The translations under genes were made by a program, and so were the position numbers. Below are positions 1 through 13,600 of a stretch of DNA of 64,000 bases, in pieces. Source of the stretch: Phoronis australis. Its lineage: Eukaryota; Animalia; Phoronida. Each line of letters opens with the position of its first letter. Position 1 is the first letter of the stretch. Under the pieces are notes generated by a model, which was not told the origin of the DNA, made no database searches, and saw nothing but the letters and a program-made list of their open reading frames with translations. The stretch is taken from the NCBI GenBank assembly GCA_002633005.1, contig NMRA01000376.1:296989-360988 (forward strand). The letters are read 5' to 3'.

Positions 1-397
1 TAAAATACAAAGATACAGTATCAAAGTTTGACATCAGCGTAGGCCTACACACAAATGGGTTTTATGTCAAGACTAAATCAGCAACAGAGATGTGATGTGA
101 TAAGCTGTTACATATTTCTTAAGACATTTTCGGGACTGGGTGAGGAACTCAAGAAGTAAAGCTTAATAATTGTCAAATGTATCAGAGAAATGGCATAAGA
201 ATATTTATTGAAACGAAAAAATGAATAACAGTTACAGAACACTCAGAATTCCACGTTATAGACATACTGTTGTAGTTGTAGCGACAGCAGACGATAATGT
301 AGGCCTAGTTCTTGGAGTGGTCTATTCCAATAGAGAGCGATGAATCAGCGCGGCTTTGTGTGATTTTGCATTTCAGATCATAAAGAGTTCCATAGCA

Positions 398-555
398 ACT
401 CGAGTATGAGTGTCAGATTTGAGTATGTTTGGAGTCTACTCGAAATACGACATTAGATACGCTTTTTTGAGTACGACTCCAGTGAGCACGATTTTGAGTA
501 TGAAATCTCGAGTATGAGTATGAGTGTGAGTACGGAGATTGGAGACCGGGCCCTG
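398..555. mobile_element. Right end of a Harbinger-like non-autonomous element with GAGTAT subrepeats
   Basis: Repeated GAGTA(T/C)GAGT motifs ending in ACCGGGCCC-TG, the same terminal style as the element at 59172-59397. Confidence 0.35.
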
Positions 556-1267
556 ATTCTTGAATAAAAGTCCAGTTTCGACTCATCAAATTACCTGAGA
601 TCCTCCTTAAGTTTTCCAAATAGCATCCCTAAGATTTTTAAGTTCCTGTGGAGTCCAGATTAACAGCAGTTAAGTCTAAATCTGTGCTAGATCGTACCCG
701 CAACACAATAAAAATATCTGGACGAACACTCATGTCGTCATGTGACATTTGTTTTGAAGTTCGTATGCGTATGTGTGTGTGAGCCAGTGCATGCGTGTCA
801 TCAGAGTTCAACGCAATGTAATGATCAAGGTGTGCATTGTAACTAAAGAAATTAACACAAGCAGTAAACCAGAACACGTTTTATTTAGCACTTGCTGGTC
901 TCATCTGCTAAAAAGCATTCGAAAATTGTCTCGGTAAGGCCGATCTTAAATGTCATTGAGTCGCCGGGTTACTAGATGCGTGACAGTCTGACAGTTATTT
1001 TCCGGGAGATTCAGTTGAACTTAGGGTGCGGAAGTGTTCACTATCAGTGGGCCATTTCATCAGATATTTGACTAAAAACACCAATTATGATTAATTAATT
1101 CCTCTTAAAAATAACTCAAAAGTTTTTTATGGTATTAGGAACTTTTGGAAATTAGTGCCAATATTTATTTCTTGCCGATGCTATGCTACCCGTTTCATCA
1201 CAGAATAGATAGTTCCCGAAGACTAATGTCTGCGATGACAGGTATGTAGCACGCGCTTCCTGGCCAA

Positions 1268-1615
1268 ATGCTTTTAACACCAAGTTGTTTTTATTTGTCT
1301 TTGATTCGCGGTTTTCACGTGTACAAAGAAATTTGGAATCTTATTGAAGGAGAAGATATGGAATCTGTACGGGAAAGACTCAATCCCGTTGACATGAGTA
1401 CGCTGACTGTTCCGAAAGGCCAGACCATAGTGGGACACGTTCCTCGCAAGATCAGCAAAAGTTGCGTTCGTTTCGAAGCACTGCGGAAGTTTGAAGTGTA
1501 TAGTCACGGCTAAATACCGACATAGCAGCAAGGCTTGTGGTCTAGAAATTCTGCACGCAATGATTTTTTTTCTGGGCTGCCGGATCTCATTGATAAATTG
1601 AAGACTTTGCTGTAG
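1268..1615 (+). pseudogene. Frameshifted HIRAN-like domain remnant, probably transposon-borne
   Basis: Frame 1: IRGFHVYKEIW..EGEDMESVRERLNPVD....VPKGQTIVGHVPRKISK. After a shift: KHCGSLKCIVTAKYRHSSKACGLEI. After a second shift: FSGLPDLIDKLKTLL-stop. Together these fit the RGYHVY...RE..N..D...VGH(V/L)PR...GLE pattern of stand-alone HIRAN-like proteins. Confidence 0.65.
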
Positions 1616-1664
1616 AATTTTAGGACTGTAGGTAAGGCATTTTTTGCATGTACACGTTCATGGG

Positions 1665-1745
1665 CTGGGCGCTTATTTCAGCGAAGTCTGAAAACGCATG
1701 GCGGGCGCTGATAGGGGCATAGGCACTTATTAGGACGAATATGGC
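1665..1745 (+). mobile_element. Degenerate end of a Tc1/mariner-pogo-type DNA transposon
   Basis: Three GGGCGCTTATT-like subrepeats ending in GGCACTTATTAGGACGAATATGG, resembling the ...TTATTAGG..AATACGG-TA termini of such elements. The matching left end was not found. Confidence 0.45.
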
Positions 1746-2683
1746 TTTACCTTTTAGTAATATTGATTCGTCTTTGGAGAAGTTTCAAAACCGCTGTATA
1801 TTATGTACCTTGGATATAATTGGCATTTAAAATATTTGTATACAAATTAACTGTTTGTTAGAGTAATCGTAAATGTTTTTAACAGTTTTTGATAAATCTT
1901 TATTACAAGTGACGCCTTTATTTTACTCGTTTTTTAATTTACTTTCTCATTTTAACTCTGCCTAACTAACAGAAAATTAAATATTCATGGCAATTTTTTA
2001 CGAATTAAATTGTGGTCGATTTATCTTGCAAGGCATGATTTATAGTTTGAACCTGCAATATCAAGAGGATTGGTTTTTCGTCACATGCTGGGTATTAAAT
2101 GAAAATTAGCATTCAAGGTAATTAATAGGTGGTAAAATGTATGAAATATTCACAATAATGTCTACACAAATTAATCTTGGTGCTGATCTCACTTAAACAA
2201 GTTAAATGTCATTTTGAGTATTTGTCAGGGAAACCTCCCATTCTCTCCGGATCTCTATAAAATATTAATGATTCAATCAATAGATGACTATATTGTTAAT
2301 CCCATAATGTTCAAGAATGCTCTACATGGTTTAAATAATTCAAACTGAAATAAAAAAATATTATTCTGTCTCCCCATTGGTTTCCCAATGTCACATCATT
2401 AAATCATAACATGGTTCCTATCTTCTAGCGTCTCCCAGTCTCGGTGCACGACACAAGTTTCCCTTGGGTTTATAAAAATTGGGTGCAAGTGTTCCTCCAT
2501 GAAGTTAAAAGTAGAGGCCATTCAATACCTACAAATTATGAAAAAGTCACCCATGCATCAAAACTCTTGAAAAATACATGCATTTCAATTCCTGACTCAA
2601 AAATAAATCACCCAGTTAATACCTGACACAAAAAGCGAACCATTTCAATACCTTACATCTTAAATATGCATTTCAATATCTTA

Positions 2684-3247
2684 TGAGGCTTTCCCATAAG
2701 GGAACTTCGATTTACCAAAGCTTCGCTGAAACTTAGGTTACCTTTCTGACTAGACAGCAATTTCAAAGTTATCGCTAGATGGCAGTTCAGTCATCGAAGT
2801 AGACACCACACGGTGCTGTTCATTTATACTCTCAAATAATGAACGATGTGTAGTGGGTTCTAGGCTAACTGAAAATTATTTTCGTGCCATTTGCGAACAC
2901 TCATGAAAATGATGCGTGTCATTGTTCATCAGATGTGCTTCCTTTTATTTATTTCTGCGCTTCTATTGAGAGTACTTCGGCTACGCTACATTCTGAAGGA
3001 AATGAAATGTACCAATGTAAATTAACTATTCAATAACAAAGAACACATTTTGAGTCTCGCATGAGCGTATATCATTGCTGCGACATCTACCGGTAACTTC
3101 GACGAAGCTTTGATGAGTACCGAAGCTTCGCTTTTAAATCCTGCTAAACAGGCGGTTTTGCTTGCAGTTTAATAACCACAGTGAACCTTTCCTACTTATC
3201 GAAACTTTGGTAAAAGCAAAGTATTTCCTCTAAGTGGAAAAGCATCA
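2684..3247. mobile_element. MITE with degenerate ~45-bp terminal inverted repeats and TTA flanks (PIF/Harbinger-like)
   Basis: Left TGAGGCTTTCCCA..GGAACTTCGATTTACCAAAGCTTCG versus reverse complement of right TGATGCTTTTCCA..GGAAATACTTTGCTTTTACCAAAGTTTCG. TTA at 2681-2683 and 3248-3250. Inserted in a CATTTCAATAC-type degenerate repeat. Confidence 0.6.
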
Positions 3248-4491
3248 TTACATATAAATGCCCCATAAAGAAACGTTGAAAAGCCATTACATATTCCTAT
3301 TTTAAAGGAACACCTACATCATTCTAAATATTCATGGCAATGCTTCAATTAAAAGTCGACCTACAACAATATCAGAGTTGAGAAAAATGCCTCCCTGCTA
3401 TATTGTAAATATATAGACCCACATCAATTTTAAAGTGGGTGCGGGGGGGCTTACTCATTTTATGGGAAAAACCATAACATAATTTAGTTCTGCATCAGCT
3501 CTCACACATAAGACAGGAGAACCCCCAGCACCAGTTTCACTGACTAATCTCATTATGCTATGTTTTAAGCCAAATTCGACTTAACAATGTCTTGACATAG
3601 GTATTATGTACATATTTAAGCAAAACAAGACTAATCTGCCTAATACCAGTTGGATGTGCAAGGGCGAAAGTTAAAACTGACTGCTTGCCCCAGTGCACCG
3701 TGTTTGGTCAACCACTTGTATACTTGTTGTACAAACCTTCTGCAATGTCCCCAGCTTGTATTCAAACACCTGACAATGGGATTAGTGGTCCTCATCAAGA
3801 ACCATGTCTATGTTTGAGGGGAACTGTTGACAATGTTTGAGTACCTGTTAAAGTGGCTTGCCTTGGACTAAATCTACTTATGCGGTGTACATAAACCTAA
3901 ACCTGACAAAATCACTGCTTATGTTGCAGGATTTGTATAACACAAATAAGAATACATCAGTATTAATCAAAAATCAGGAATTGCCATCTTCAAACTGATG
4001 TTTGTGATGGAGTATCTGATTATAGAAACAAGCCTTCAACTCCTCTTGGTCAATAGTGTTAGTAGAACTTTGAAAACCAACTGATTGAATAACTTAAAGC
4101 AACTATGTGTTCCATCAAAAAGTGATTGTATTATTTAGACCATTTACTACGATGAAATTATCCTCATCTTGTTCCTTACTCAGATGAGAGGTAATTTCTG
4201 GGCTTGTAAATATTTCACTTTGTTAATCCTTAACACCATGATTAGTCTGTAAAGTGACCATGAGTCCATAATGAGCCAACTTGAAAAACATGGTCTCCAG
4301 CAATAATTAATTGTTTTTCAAGCACTGAAATCACCTTAATTTGACTAAGGAAAATTTTGAGATACATTCTACAATGGTAAATGGGCTTTTTTGTGAGGAG
4401 AGGTTCTTCATACATCAAATCAATGTTTACACTTTAATAGGACTCCATGTTTCAAACACTAGTGACATCAGGTAGATTAGTTATTACTGTC

Positions 4492-4522
4492 ATTTTGTTT
4501 TGTTTTGTTTTGTTTTGTTTTT
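4492..4522. repeat. (TTTTG)n microsatellite
   Basis: About 6 pentamer units. Confidence 0.9.
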
Positions 4523-7500
4523 AAGCTTAAAAAGATACAAAACTCTGTCTGATGATTTCAACCTATCCTTGTTTAGTCACCTGCTAATACGTCATTAGGA
4601 TCAATCTTGAAAGATAAAAGGTATCAGCTAAAAACTCATATTCCCTATGTCACTGATTGGATATGATGGTTCTTGCGGGGGTCTTCTTTTCCCACAGATG
4701 CCTTGAAATTCGCTAAAAGCGTAGGTCACACTTGTCCGTTTAGCAGACTTGGAAAATAGTTTTCATATTTTCCTCCAAACTTTTGGGGGTTGTCGAGGGT
4801 TATAAAGCATTATTTTGTTTCAGGGAATTGGATAGGAAAGTCATTTTAATATCTGTTAATAAGCCAAAACCTGGTTTGGTGTTATTTTAAACAACAAAGT
4901 CTGTACTGCTTAGTAAAGTTGTCACGTTCGAATCTCTGGGATAGGGGTCCTCTATTTTCAACAGCATTGAACCAATACAAAATCTGGTTATAACGTTTCT
5001 GCTATTTGCTAAATTCAGAAAAAGTTTGCAGATAGTTCTTCTGTAGGCAACTTTTTACAGAACAAGCATACACTAATTAACAATGGATGTGTGTTCATTA
5101 TTTTTCGCAGTCACATTGCCCGATTAGGAATTACTTTTTATGGTAGTTCAAGTAACAGAAATAGGTACCTTACCTTAGTCTGTTTACACTCCATTTGCTC
5201 CCATAACTCAACATTACAGGTGGCCATCCAATCAGTTTCAGTTGCAGCATTGTTTGACAAAAAGTTAGTTGCGTATGAAACAGTGACATTAGATCATGCA
5301 ATGACACAAACATGATCTTGCATGATCTTCCTCATTCTTTTTGGATTCTTATCTCCTGGAACACAGTTGATGTTAAATGTGACTTTTATTTTGCAGAATC
5401 CCCGACTTCTTTTGTGTATCTCACACATTCAATTTTGTGATTTTTTTGAAATTAGAGAACTGAGGTCATATTGAGGTTGATGATGCATGAGTCTTTGACA
5501 AGAAGAATTGATCTCACAGTATTCATAATCATGTAAAATGTGGACTTAAGAGTAGTTGTCGGCTTCACTTTTCATTTATTAATTGGTAAAGTGCTTTTTT
5601 GTCGCTAAAACTCAAAATTGTCTATCATCCAACACTATACTGATTGACGGCATCGTTTTAGTAAATGCCATATCAGGTGCAGTGTCACTCAAATGAAGTG
5701 CATCTTGTTACAAAAGTTATTTTTACTAATGTAATTCCTGTCAAAAGAGAAAAAAGTGGTTTTATTCTCAACTGGCATCTTGTTATTCATTCCCTTCATT
5801 AATGGAGGTATGCAAGTCGCACCTGCATTGATGCGTTACGGTGGCGTCGCCATAAGACAGAAAGAAACGTTTCTGAAATCTTTGTAAAATTATTGGGTAT
5901 ACATTGGCATCAACCTGTGATACTCTGAGGGGCCTGATAACAGTGTACAAACAACAGGAGGCATTCTCTACAACTCTAAAAATGCATTAAGAGTGATGCC
6001 TGAGTTTGGGAAGAATAACTGTTTTCCAATACAAATGGAGGATTATGAAATGCGCCATGCGCTAGGTGGTGGTGGAATAGTTGACTACATACCGTGTTCT
6101 TGTACAAGAATTTAAAGTAGTGGGATTTCACGTTTTTTTATAAATTCTTTTCTATCATCATGTCGTGAAATTGTCACTTTTGTTCCAAATTTTCAAAATG
6201 TCTGTGAACGAAAGTAATTGCATTTGGTACCTATCAACTCGACCCATTTTGCCAACCAGAATTAGAATTGACTTCAGGTGGCGAAAGATGCTTTTATGTA
6301 TTGGATTATTCTTATTGGCAAACTGGACTCCATAAATTGTAATTGATGGGCTTGTCATTTTAAGCACCAATGGGAAGAATAACAGCTGGTTTCGTGATCG
6401 ATCACTAGATGGAGTTGTTAGTTGGTACATCAGGACTTAGAGAATAATTTCAAGGCGAAAAATCAAGTTTTCCACTGAGTCTCTAGTGTACGTGTTACAC
6501 ATTGCCATCTTTTGAATAACATGATGAATGATTTGGCATGCATGCTCCTAACTGTGCTCAGGCTTTCACAGGAACTGCTCTATAATGCTATTTCACATAA
6601 CTTCTGTGTACTGACAAATCAAGTATTGTATCCATAGATACTTTGTAAGTGTGAAAATTCTGTCAAGAGGTGACCCTTTCATAAGTGGCGTACCTCACAG
6701 AAACTTCTCCTCAAACCCAACCCTCTAACAGAAAAGTTCAGAAGAAAAAGGACCTTTCTCAGGGTGAAAGTCAAAATGTTGCCTTGAATGACTCATCCCA
6801 ACCAACATGTTCAGTTGAAGTTGTCTAGATAAGTCTGACACTTGCACGAAGTCTGCCAGTGCAAACTACTTGGCAGAACTGTTTTAAGTTGGAATCTGTG
6901 CAAACTAAAGGAAATCTACTTGTTTAATCTAAAACAGACCACTTTGTCAAACATACTTGCAGCTTGGTGTTAGACATTTTCCAATAAATCATTTCTTTTA
7001 ACAAATTGATGGGCCAAACATGATAACAGTGATAGTCCCCCTTAAAAGTTGATAACAGTTACAGTAAAATTTCACCGATTTAGGACACAATATGGCAGTG
7101 AAATGACATAATACTATTGATTATTTTTCATAAAAGTCAAGTAGCACCAAATTAATGGCCTTTTCATTCATAAGTTCAATACCGTATCTACCAGGAGACA
7201 ATGCTTCACTGAAGAAACTGGGTATTCAATGAAACAATGTTAGAAGCCTGATAAGGGGCCAGTCTTTTCAATTATTTTTGTCCGAAATTGGCAAGATTTT
7301 ACCGTATATTTGTTGTAATTTTTGTTGGCTGGCTCTTCTTGCTTTGGGCAACTTATTTTAATTTAGTATCCTCTAATAGAAATGGTATGTTTGCATTGTG
7401 TGGTGCTCCACAGTCAATCAATTAAAGCCACGTAAAAAGTTATTACTACAAGGTACCGACAAAACAGGAATGAGACAGTTGCAAAATAATGACCTTTTAA

Positions 7501-10489
7501 CTGCAGACAAAATAAAACTGTCAGTACAATATGGTTATGGAGCACAGGGGTTAGTGCGAAATAATGACACATAATAATGTACTGTTCTCGTAAAGATGTC
7601 GTTAACAAGATACCTGACTTCCATTGTTCCAGCACTAGGCAGGTGTCGATATTACTTTGATGTTGTGAGATATCCACTTGCTGTCTGCTGGCTTAGATGA
7701 AACAATAGTACACCGAGGCTTACCGTGAAGTGATCCCATTCTTGCTGATATTTTTTTTAATATAAAAAAAATTGTTTTGATTATGTTTTCTTTATTCTAA
7801 TGTTTTTCTTCTGGTTTAACTTATGGCAGTTGTTAAAAGTTTACATTGTTAGTAGACATTTTGACAACTTTAACTTTTGAATAGATTTCAGACACTCGAG
7901 TCTGGTAATTTTAGTGCATTTTTGTTGAGTTTATTTCATGTTAATTTAATTTTTATGATAGTGTCTATCTTGAATTTAATGTAAGTGACAGAAAATGTAG
8001 AATAAAAATTATAAGCTCACAAATTGATATGCAAAAGGTGTTAGTAGCCAAAGGGAAATTTCCTTCATAGTCATCAGCTAAAACTATAAACAAGGTTACT
8101 TTACCACAGAAAATGTGCTGCATCTCATTCCATACAATGATAGAAATTAATTTCCGTCCCCCATTAAAAGCATCCAGGGCATCGACAAGTAGAGAGTTGA
8201 AAAATCCTCATTTTGACAGGATTCGTCAAGCATCCCAAGTGTGGATACCTTTCTATGCAATTGATCTCTCAGTTCCTTTAGATGGTAGAATCAAATGATG
8301 TTATGACAACGGAATTTTTTAGGCAAATTTGTTAATGCGGATAATAAACCCACCTTCCATCAAAAATAATTTTTTCGATTTTAGTGCTCACCCGTAAGAA
8401 TTTTTTTGTTTTTGGTTTCAAATTGTTCCTTAGTCGAAGTAGGCATTTTCTGAGCTTAGTAAGAGATGACAATTTGTTCATTACAAAAAACTCCCCGTTT
8501 GGTTTCCACTACAGATGACAGCTTCATGTGGTCTAGGCAGTAACTGTTGCCTTCCACACAACAGGACCTGAGATCGGATTTCTTGGTAAACAGGCTTCTT
8601 GACAGGAGTAGGACTTGTACCATTCTATGACAAAGTAAATGGTGCCATGAAATGATTGCTTGAGACCAGGCTCTACAAGTTGACTTGTCACATGGTCTCA
8701 AGGAATAATGAACTGTCAGGTCTTTGTAAACCCAGAAATCACCTCTCATCTGTCAGTAAAAAGCAAGTTGAAACCAATTTTAGCAGTAAGTGGTCTAAAT
8801 AATATTATTTGTTTTGATGGAATGCTGGTTTAGAACTTCTTTTGGAGTTAGGCAGCTTTTCTCATGATTTTCGTCTTCACAAACTCTGAATGAAATGGTG
8901 CTGGACCTCGTGCAAACCTGTAGCCTAGTTTTACTTGTTTTCCTTCACTGCTTACTTATATTTTGTATTTTGTATTATGGCGTTAAATTATTTTTCTACT
9001 TTCAGAAAATGCTACTGTCACAATGATAAAATCAATCAGCTGCAGAAAATGATAGATGTGGGTTTCTCTATAAAGCCCGAATGGATTACGGTGCTTCTTG
9101 TTGAGTTCAAGAGGACAATGTTTTAGAAAACTTTAATTTTTAGTATAAGTGAGCTTTCATGTTTAAAGTTTTTACCAGTTGAAAAAACACTAATTCCATT
9201 CACTGTGTTCAAGTGAAAGAACTTTTAGTGTGCAAAGCAGGTGTGCGGGTTTGCGCGATAGCAAATAGGATTATGATTGTCTTAATTTACAATGATCGAC
9301 ATTTATGATGGCTGGTTGTGTGATTATTTTCTAATACACGTTGTAATGTGAATACGTGCAGTAAATGCATGTTGTTGTTGGCGATGGGATACATGCACCA
9401 TATGGTCAGTCGTTACAATGGGAGCCTGCGCGTAATCCCACCAACAGTTTATTTGAACTGGACTTGATCTGCACACATCTGTAGAGCAAAACTGCATCAA
9501 GAATGGGAAGTATATGTTGTTGTGTCTTCTTCGGGGGGTACTCCCGTTGGGGATGTATACGGGACAAGTTCCTCATAAAGTTGACTAATTTCCCCATGAT
9601 GCCTTTTCTGACAAAATTCTCTGTGAAAGAGAGCCTCGTTGGTAATATTCCTAGTGAAAGGTTGCCTGTCCGATAAATCTTTTTACGAAAGAGTTCAGGT
9701 CAGTGTTCGAAACTCCTTTTCCTAACTACACAAATTTACAGAAGAATTTTTAACATTACCTATGTTTTTCAATCTTTTGTTGTAAAACAATCATTTAGGC
9801 AGTATGGCATCTCTTGTACTGTTTCACTTGTTGGGTCTAAAGTTTAGCTGTCCAAGAATACCTACTAACAGGTTAGGTTTATGGAATTAGCCTCTACAAA
9901 AGGTAATGTTTCTGAGGCTAAATCCTACGACGAAATGGTGAGTTTTTTGTGGAATGTGTCTCTTTTTGTCAAGTTCAGTCTTTAAAATGCTTCCGACCAG
10001 GGTCAGTCCTCATTTTCCAACTGCAACCCCCTCAAAATATAATAAGCTACCCCCTGTTATGTTGGTGTATGATTTGGAGGACCCTGCTGTGTTGAATATA
10101 TGAACAAGGTCCCGTCTTTTGTTTTACTGACTTAAAATTTATTTGTGTAAATTAATTTTCAGTTGTATGCCATCAATCTGTGAGCTACTAAATTAGATCA
10201 GGCGTAGTACAATTAAACCTAAGCTGGTGAACCTGGTTGCTGACTTAATAGTATGCCGTAACCACAATTGCATAAACTTGTGAAAAAAAAAAGGTTTTGT
10301 GATTCTCCTCAACCCTAAAACAAGTTTGAAAACTACACAAAGTTTGTTTAATTGGCATGTGTTTGTGGTGCTTTGGGAATTAAATGGATGGCCAAAGTGA
10401 AAAACGTTCTTCTCAAACCTCAGGACCCACTTTGTGATAAAACAAAGACGTGTTTTGGCTGAATAATGCACTGCAGAAGTATGTTCACT

Positions 10490-10690
10490 TGTTTAGCACA
10501 CAAAAAATATGGCCGACAAGTGAAATTCTACTTTGTCAAATTTCTTCACAGAAATAAAGATAAAAAGAACTTAGTCTTTTGTTACCATGGTTTGTTGTAG
10601 ATGCCGTAAAACAACTATTTATCTTAGTAATCGGCCTTTGAAAAGGGGAAATGATAATTTTGACAATTATTTTTGTACAAAATAAGTGGA
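10490..10690. repeat. Dispersed repeat; inverted copy at about 33505-33720
   Basis: TTAGCACACAA..TGGCC..AAGTGAAATTCTACTTTGTCAA..CATGGTTTGTT..AAACAA matches the reverse complement of 33505-33720. Confidence 0.7.
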
Positions 10691-13600
10691 TAATGTCTGT
10701 GCTTAGAGTATGTTTGGCCTACCACTGAGTGAAATCGCCGAAGCAAGGTTTAGTATCCTTGGCTTTTAATTTAACATTTGGTTCATTTTGGTTAAAACAC
10801 ACTTTTGGTTTGTGCTTTTACTCTGGTATGAATTTAACTGACATCCCAAAATTGCCTCGGTGTTTAATTAAAAAGTGTTTTGAATAAAATTTTCTAGCAC
10901 TGTAATGTTTATGTTGGTGTCTTGGTTGAAAACATCATGCTGAAAAGTAATGGACTGTGGTTTTTGCATGCTTTTTCAGGTTCAGATAAATATGACATGT
11001 GGTAACGAGTTAAATATGAGGAAATCCTTGTGCAGTATGGTTTTTAGCAACTTTTTCATGCTTTACACAGTTATCTACAGTGGTAGTGACCTCTGGTGGC
11101 TGATAGCAGCTTCGTTCTTGACTGCAGTGGAATGAATGCTCAAATGAGTTTGACATGAAGTGATGTATAATTAACAATGATTTGTGGCTAATAAATGCTT
11201 AGATTGTGCATTTAGAAAGTATGTTGGAATTATGAATACATTACGCGATAAATGACACCTGCACTCTGGTGTGAAAATAAAACAGCATTTAAACTGGGCT
11301 AATTGAAAGTTTATTGGAGTACAAATGTCGGCATGATTTTATCCAGGTGTCTACATGCCATAGTTTTCCTGCTCTTCCCTTCATAAATGAGAATTATGGA
11401 CTGTGTAAAATGATAAATACATTTTGTTTCACATTATGAAAATATGTCGCAGTTGTTGACTTGCACGCAGTCATTTGAGGTGCGATCAAAAAGTACAAAT
11501 CACTCTTTGATAATACTCTGCTGCGAGTGATCACGGCCGGTTAATGAAATTACATTGAATTTGAATTTCTGAAAGTAGCTTTGAATGCTATTTATATTGC
11601 TTCCTGCCTTAGGTGGGTGCTCAAATGGATTATGACAGATTTCAGAATTCTAGTTGCTTGCAATTGGTTCAGAACTCGATTGTTCTTGATAGCACGTTAA
11701 ACCTGGGTTATACCCTTGCCCGCGTCAGTAGCTGCTAGGCGTGCAGGAGACCTTTCCATAAGTTGAATCTAATAAGCCTGCTATCTGTAACTTAACTCTT
11801 CTCCAGTTCTAAGTCTCTGGATAGCAGAGTTTCGTTTTCTTGAATTGTACTATTGGCAACTACTGTAGATCTATTTGATTTGGTTTTTCTCATTTTTAAA
11901 CAAGATATTTAGTACCAAATGTCTCAAAAGGCCTTAAGTAAAAGGAGAAGCCACACTGATGTAATGAAGAGTTTGTAGGGCACTTCTGTTTTCACTCTTT
12001 GTAGTGTTTGAACAGAACACTAGGTGGTGCAGTGTATAGTGAAGGGCACTCAGAAACTTTCAGGATAGATAGTTCCATCAGGCATTGAAACTTCTGGAAA
12101 AAAGGCATAAATTTTTGTAAATTTTGATTGGGGAGTGGGCATTTTTCCTATAGTTTTTGGACATCATGTTCCCTCATTTCTTGAAAAAAATGATCTTAAA
12201 TGTTCAAATGAGAGTTGGGTAATTTTCCGTGACTGTAATTACCATTAAGAAATATCAGCTTCGAAGGATTTGGTTGTTTGCTGTAGACATTGGAAATTCA
12301 TTATGATTTAACACCCTGAAAGTTTGCGTGAATTATCAAGTCATCACTGGTTCATTGAAAAGTATTATAGTAGCCTCAAGACAGGCGTGACATGACAGTC
12401 TCCAACTTAAAAACAAATTGTTCTTTTGTGTTTCAAAAGAAAAATTACCCTGTGTTTGTACAGCTTTCGAAGTCTTCATTGCTTTGTCATGCTGTCTGTA
12501 GCGCCATCTATTGTGAACCCTGAGAATAATGCCATTCTTGAGCATTGATTAAGAACAGTCAGATAATATTAACCCAACCTTAGAAGCCACTACCGGAGTA
12601 TGTACCTGAGCAATCTTGAAGACGTGAAGGCTTATATTTAAGATGACACTGGTAATATTCGTCTAATTTTGATCATTGTTATGATATACGTAAGTTTACA
12701 CTGCCACTCATTTGATATGTTACTAAAAGTGAAACTACAAAAACAACATAAACATGAAGAAATCAAAATGACATGAAATGCAAATAATGGGGAATAACAA
12801 GATGCAGGTGCACTTATGATTAAATCATAAATTAGCTTACACTATTTATAATTCCATCATTTGTTTTTGCTTTTTCGATTGAACTTGTTTCTGTTCTTTT
12901 TGGTTGTTTTACATAATCCTGCATATGTCCAACCAAGTTGGGCAGTTGGTCAGGTACAATAAAAAAGATGATTATATTGAATGCTACTGATTCTGCATTG
13001 ACTCTTCAGGCGTTTCACTGTAGATGTCAGTTGTTATCAGTGATAAATTCCCCTATCTTGTCTTCGGATAGCATTTTCTTGTTTTTTGTTGCTGAATACC
13101 GCAGCGGTCATCGATCATGTCAAGCGACACGGCGAGTTTACATTCCGCAGCTGAACCCCCCTCCAACCACTCATGTAACGTATTACAGGTTTTTACCCAA
13201 GAGCAGCAACATTGGGTAAAAAACAAGGCCAATAATGTTTATGATGTTATTAGCCTTACAAGTGACTGACAGGCACCTCTTTAACCTATGCAAAACTATG
13301 GTAGACAGCCAAACGTTGCACATGCGCCAACTGACCAGGTTATCGCACACTCATCTCTGATTGGACGAATATTGTGTTAGTTCAGCAGGAGCTCACCACA
13401 AAAATTTCTTTTGAACAACGTCCTGAGGGCGCTGTGCTCTTTGTAAAAAACCAAGTAACTCTTTTGTTTTGTCTTCAGTTAGCTGGACAAACATTGTTAA
13501 CATGTTATAGTGTGTGTGTGTGTGTGAGACTGTCTGTATGTGTGCTTGGTTTTACGGCCTGTTCTTAAGCGGCTTAAGATTTTCGTCTGTGTAGAATGCG

